Origin: Cyanophora paradoxa CCMP329
Lineage: Eukaryota; Plantae; Glaucophyta
Length of the DNA stretch: 64,000 bases
Reading direction: 5' to 3'
NCBI GenBank assembly: GCA_004431415.1
Contig: QPMI01000519.1
Location: 124,001-188,000 of the forward strand
The position numbers and the translations under genes are program-made. This document shows, one piece after another, positions 61,197 to 64,000 of this stretch. Positions within the stretch are counted from its first letter, which is position 1. Every line of letters starts with the position of its first letter. The notes beneath the pieces were generated by a model. That model had not been told where the DNA came from. It did not search any database and saw only the letters and a list, made by a program, of their open reading frames with translations.

Positions 61197-61888
61197 ATCA
61201 CAACACTCAGGTACGGTGTACTACGGTCGGACCGACTCGGACAGGGTAGTACGCGTCGCCGCGTCGGACAGTCGCAGTCTACTGCGACTCGCAGACACTC
61301 TGAGAACTTCGAATTCGGAATTCGAAATTGCGGCAGTATTAATATTAACTCGGAACACGTTGCAGTTGTACCACGTACTACGGTACAGACTCGGAGGCTC
61401 CTAGAAGGCTCGGAGGGTCTAAGAGCCTCAAAAAATGTTCAAACCCGGACACGATTCGTCGCTCTGTCGACGTCCGAGCCTTCAATTGCAAGTTCCGAAG
61501 TTCTTTGTTGTGATTTGCCGGCACTCGCTGGTAGAGAGTACTAGAGACCGTAGAGTCGCTACTACTAGGCAGTCTAGGCTAGTAGACAATCAACACTATA
61601 GCTAGTAGTACTAGTACTCCGACTGTACTCGCGACTCCAGTCGCGAGTCGCGATCGCTAGTACTCAGCGTTTATCGTGACTCGTGAGTGATCGCGAATCG
61701 GATTCGCGATCGCGCAAGGTACCGTACCACATGAATGTGCATATGTACGGTGACATTTATGTACCGAAAGCTGTACTGTTTTATGTTAACGTTCATGAAT
61801 TCAATATAAAGATCATTGCACAACCGGCGCGACTCCGGCGGCGGCACGCCGTGACGAGCTCGAGCTCCCGGCGGCGCCTCCCGCCGCC

Positions 61889-64000
61889 TCAGGGGCTCCA
61901 GGAGTCCCGGGCCCCGGCCCGGGCGGCCGGGCCATCAGGGCCCCAGTGCCGCCGCATTGTGCCCCTCGGGCGGGCCCCGGGCATCCCGGCGAGCCTCGGA
62001 GCCTCCCGATCCCGCCGGGCGCCGGGCGCCGGGCGCCGGGGGCGGGGCGCCGGCGCGCATGCACGGGGGTGGCGCGGCCCGCGCGGCGCGGTCAGCGCGC
62101 GCGGCGGGCGGCGCGGGCGGCCTTGACCGCCCTCGATCACGATGCCGTAGAGGGGGCCCCCAACGAGCGCCCCCGGCACCGCGAGGGCCGCCGCCAGGGG
62201 CGCCGCCACCGCCAGCGCCACCCCCACCCGCACCCGCCCCCTCCGCACCTCCCTCCGCAGCTGCCGCGCCGCCTCCCCCTCCGCGAACTGCATCCCCGCG
62301 CACCCTGCGCCCCCCCGAGAGGTCAGGCCGCTGCGGCGGGCGCCGCAGCAGCAGCAGCAGGGGTGCGCTCACCGAAGATGTTGTCCTCCCCAAAATGGTC
62401 CGGCGTGTACTCCCCGCCGCAGAGGTAGCAGAACTGTGTACCCCCACCGTCAGCTTCCGCGGTCGCAGCACGGGCCCCGAGCCACGCGGTGCTGCACCTG
62501 GTAGCCGCAGCGGCACCTGCGCGAGGGAGAAGGAATGAGGCCGCGGGTACCGCGCGCGGGGCGGGGGTGCGGCGCACGTCATGTGGTTGCACCCGCTGCT
62601 GCGCTCGACCATCGCACGGCACCGCCGGCTGGGGGGCCCGAAGGGTGAGGCAAGGCGCGCGTGCGTGCGTGCGGGCGGGTGGGTGGCACCAGCGGCGCAT
62701 GGCGCCCCGCCGCTCGAGCTCGAGCAGCGCGCGCTCGTTCGGCCTCTCCCGGCGCGTGTACGCCTGCATGCACGCCAGCGTGAGCCCCGGGGGCGGAAGA
62801 GGAGAGGGGGGGGGTGGGGTGGGGGTGGGGGTGGGGGGGGTGGGGGGGCGGGAGAGGGGGGGGGCGGGAGAGGGGGGGGGCAGGAGAGGGGATCGGGGGA
62901 GGCGGGTGGGGGGGGGGGGGGCGGGAGGCGGGGTGGGGGGGGGGGGGGAGAGGGGTGGGCGGGGGGGGGCGGGGGGGGGGGGGCGGGGAAGGGGGAGGGG
63001 GGTGGGTGGGGCGGGGAGGGGGGGGGGGGGGCGGGGGCAGAGGAGGGGACCTTGCAGGAGGAGTTGGCGTGCGCGCCGCCGTGCTCGAAGCAGAAGGCGG
63101 CGCGGCACTCCGGGCACTCCACGCCCGGCCGCCTCGCCGACGCCCGCGGGTACAGGCTCACCGCGCCGCACTGCGGGCACTCCCGCGCTGGGCCCCGCGC
63201 GTCAGAGGGCCTGGGGCGGGGCCGGCGGGGGCAGCGGCGGCGGACCGGCCCTGTCGCTGCCGAGGGCCTGGAGGCGCTCGTAGCGCGCGAGGAGCTCCTG
63301 CGCGCCGAGCAGCGCGCTCCGCATGGCCGCCGCCGGCAGCTGCGCGCGGCAGCCGGCGCTGGCGGGCGGCGTCGGCGAGGGCGGGGCCTCGTGGGGGCGG
63401 CGAGGCGGGCGGCGAGGCGGACCCGGGCAAGTCACCGCCGCCCTCGACGCGCTCTCCGCCAGCGCGTGCCTCACGCACTCCACCGCGCACCTGAGGCGCG
63501 CGCTCGTCGGCGGGGGCGGGCAGGGGATAGGATTCCGCAGGGGCGCACGGCTCGCAGATGGGTGCGCCTGGCGGCAGCGGTCGCCGAAGAAGAGGTACTC
63601 GGCCATGCCCTCGCTCTCGGCGGAGTCCTCCAGGCAGACGCTGCACTTCCAGCGCGCCCCGCTCCCGAGGCGCAGCCGCGGCGCGCGCGCGGCCGGAGCA
63701 GCGGCCGGCGGCGGCTGCCGCTGGACGCCGCTGGCCTGCTCGAAGCTCCGGAAGACGGCAGCGAGCTCGGGGCCGGTGCTGGCGCGGGGGCGAAGGGCTG
63801 CGCGCGCGTGCGCGGGCGAGCTGACGGAGGCCTGCGCTTCACGGAGCGCCCACAGGAGGCGCAGTAGCTTCGCTTCGAGCTCTGATTCGAAGGACGACGC
63901 AGGAGGCCCCGGGGTGCGCGCCGGAGAGGTGGCAGGCATGCCCACGCCCGCCGCCGCCGCCGCATCCGTCCTCACCGCCGCCGTCGCCACCGCCGCTGCC
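61889..64000 (-). CDS. RBR (RING1-IBR-RING2) E3 ubiquitin ligase with C-terminal TM segment (RNF19/RNF144-like), multi-exon; 5' end probably outside the window
   Basis: RING1 CSVCLED...CRQAH...CAVEC...VTCP..GC; IBR ECPQCG...VECPECRAAFCFEHGGAHANSSC; RING2 CRAMVERSSGCNHMT|CRC..QFCYLCG with the catalytic Cys; hydrophobic VGVALAVAAPLAAALAVPGALVGGPLYGIV. The as-read stop is 61889; the likely true stop is 62092 after a 1-nt frame correction. Confidence 0.9.
62788..63049. repeat. G-tract low-complexity intron (C-rich on the sense strand), G-quadruplex-prone
   Basis: ~260 bp of G runs separated by single a/c/t bases inside an intron of the RBR gene. Confidence 0.85.

Noticed and set aside
1-64000. 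Prokaryotic operon or defence island; rRNA/tRNA genes
   Set aside because: All recognisable genes are spliceosomally interrupted, and no rRNA or tRNA signatures were recognised.

Overview
This is eukaryotic nuclear DNA: very GC-rich, intron-dense, with short introns that often have GC donors, a CTGAC branch site and C-rich 5' ends. The style suggests a unicellular alga or protist, possibly a glaucophyte such as Cyanophora, but the sequence alone cannot establish that. Most six-frame ORFs are GC-driven noise, so genes were reconstructed by stitching exons by eye and internal exon boundaries are approximate. Eight spliced genes are recognisable: an ABC half-transporter (5' end outside the window), a GT54-like/MGAT5-C glycosyltransferase, two F-box proteins, a two-domain transmembrane adenylyl cyclase with swapped C1/C2 order, a CUB-CUB-(SP)n-REJ-GAIN single-pass receptor, a ~17 kb TRANK1-like ankyrin/RelE-like/UvrD/TPR protein with a WD40 propeller, and an RBR E3 ligase (5' end outside). 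Intergenic DNA holds hAT MITEs (three with perfect 8-bp TSDs), 5'-truncated non-LTR retroelement ends with TSDs, and a head-to-tail pair of proto-Helentron-like rolling-circle elements. The most unusual signal is a recurring mutational signature, seen when paralogous TE copies are compared: a trinucleotide X becomes X-revcomp(X)-X (+6 nt, frame-preserving). This plausibly explains the palindrome-saturated non-coding DNA.
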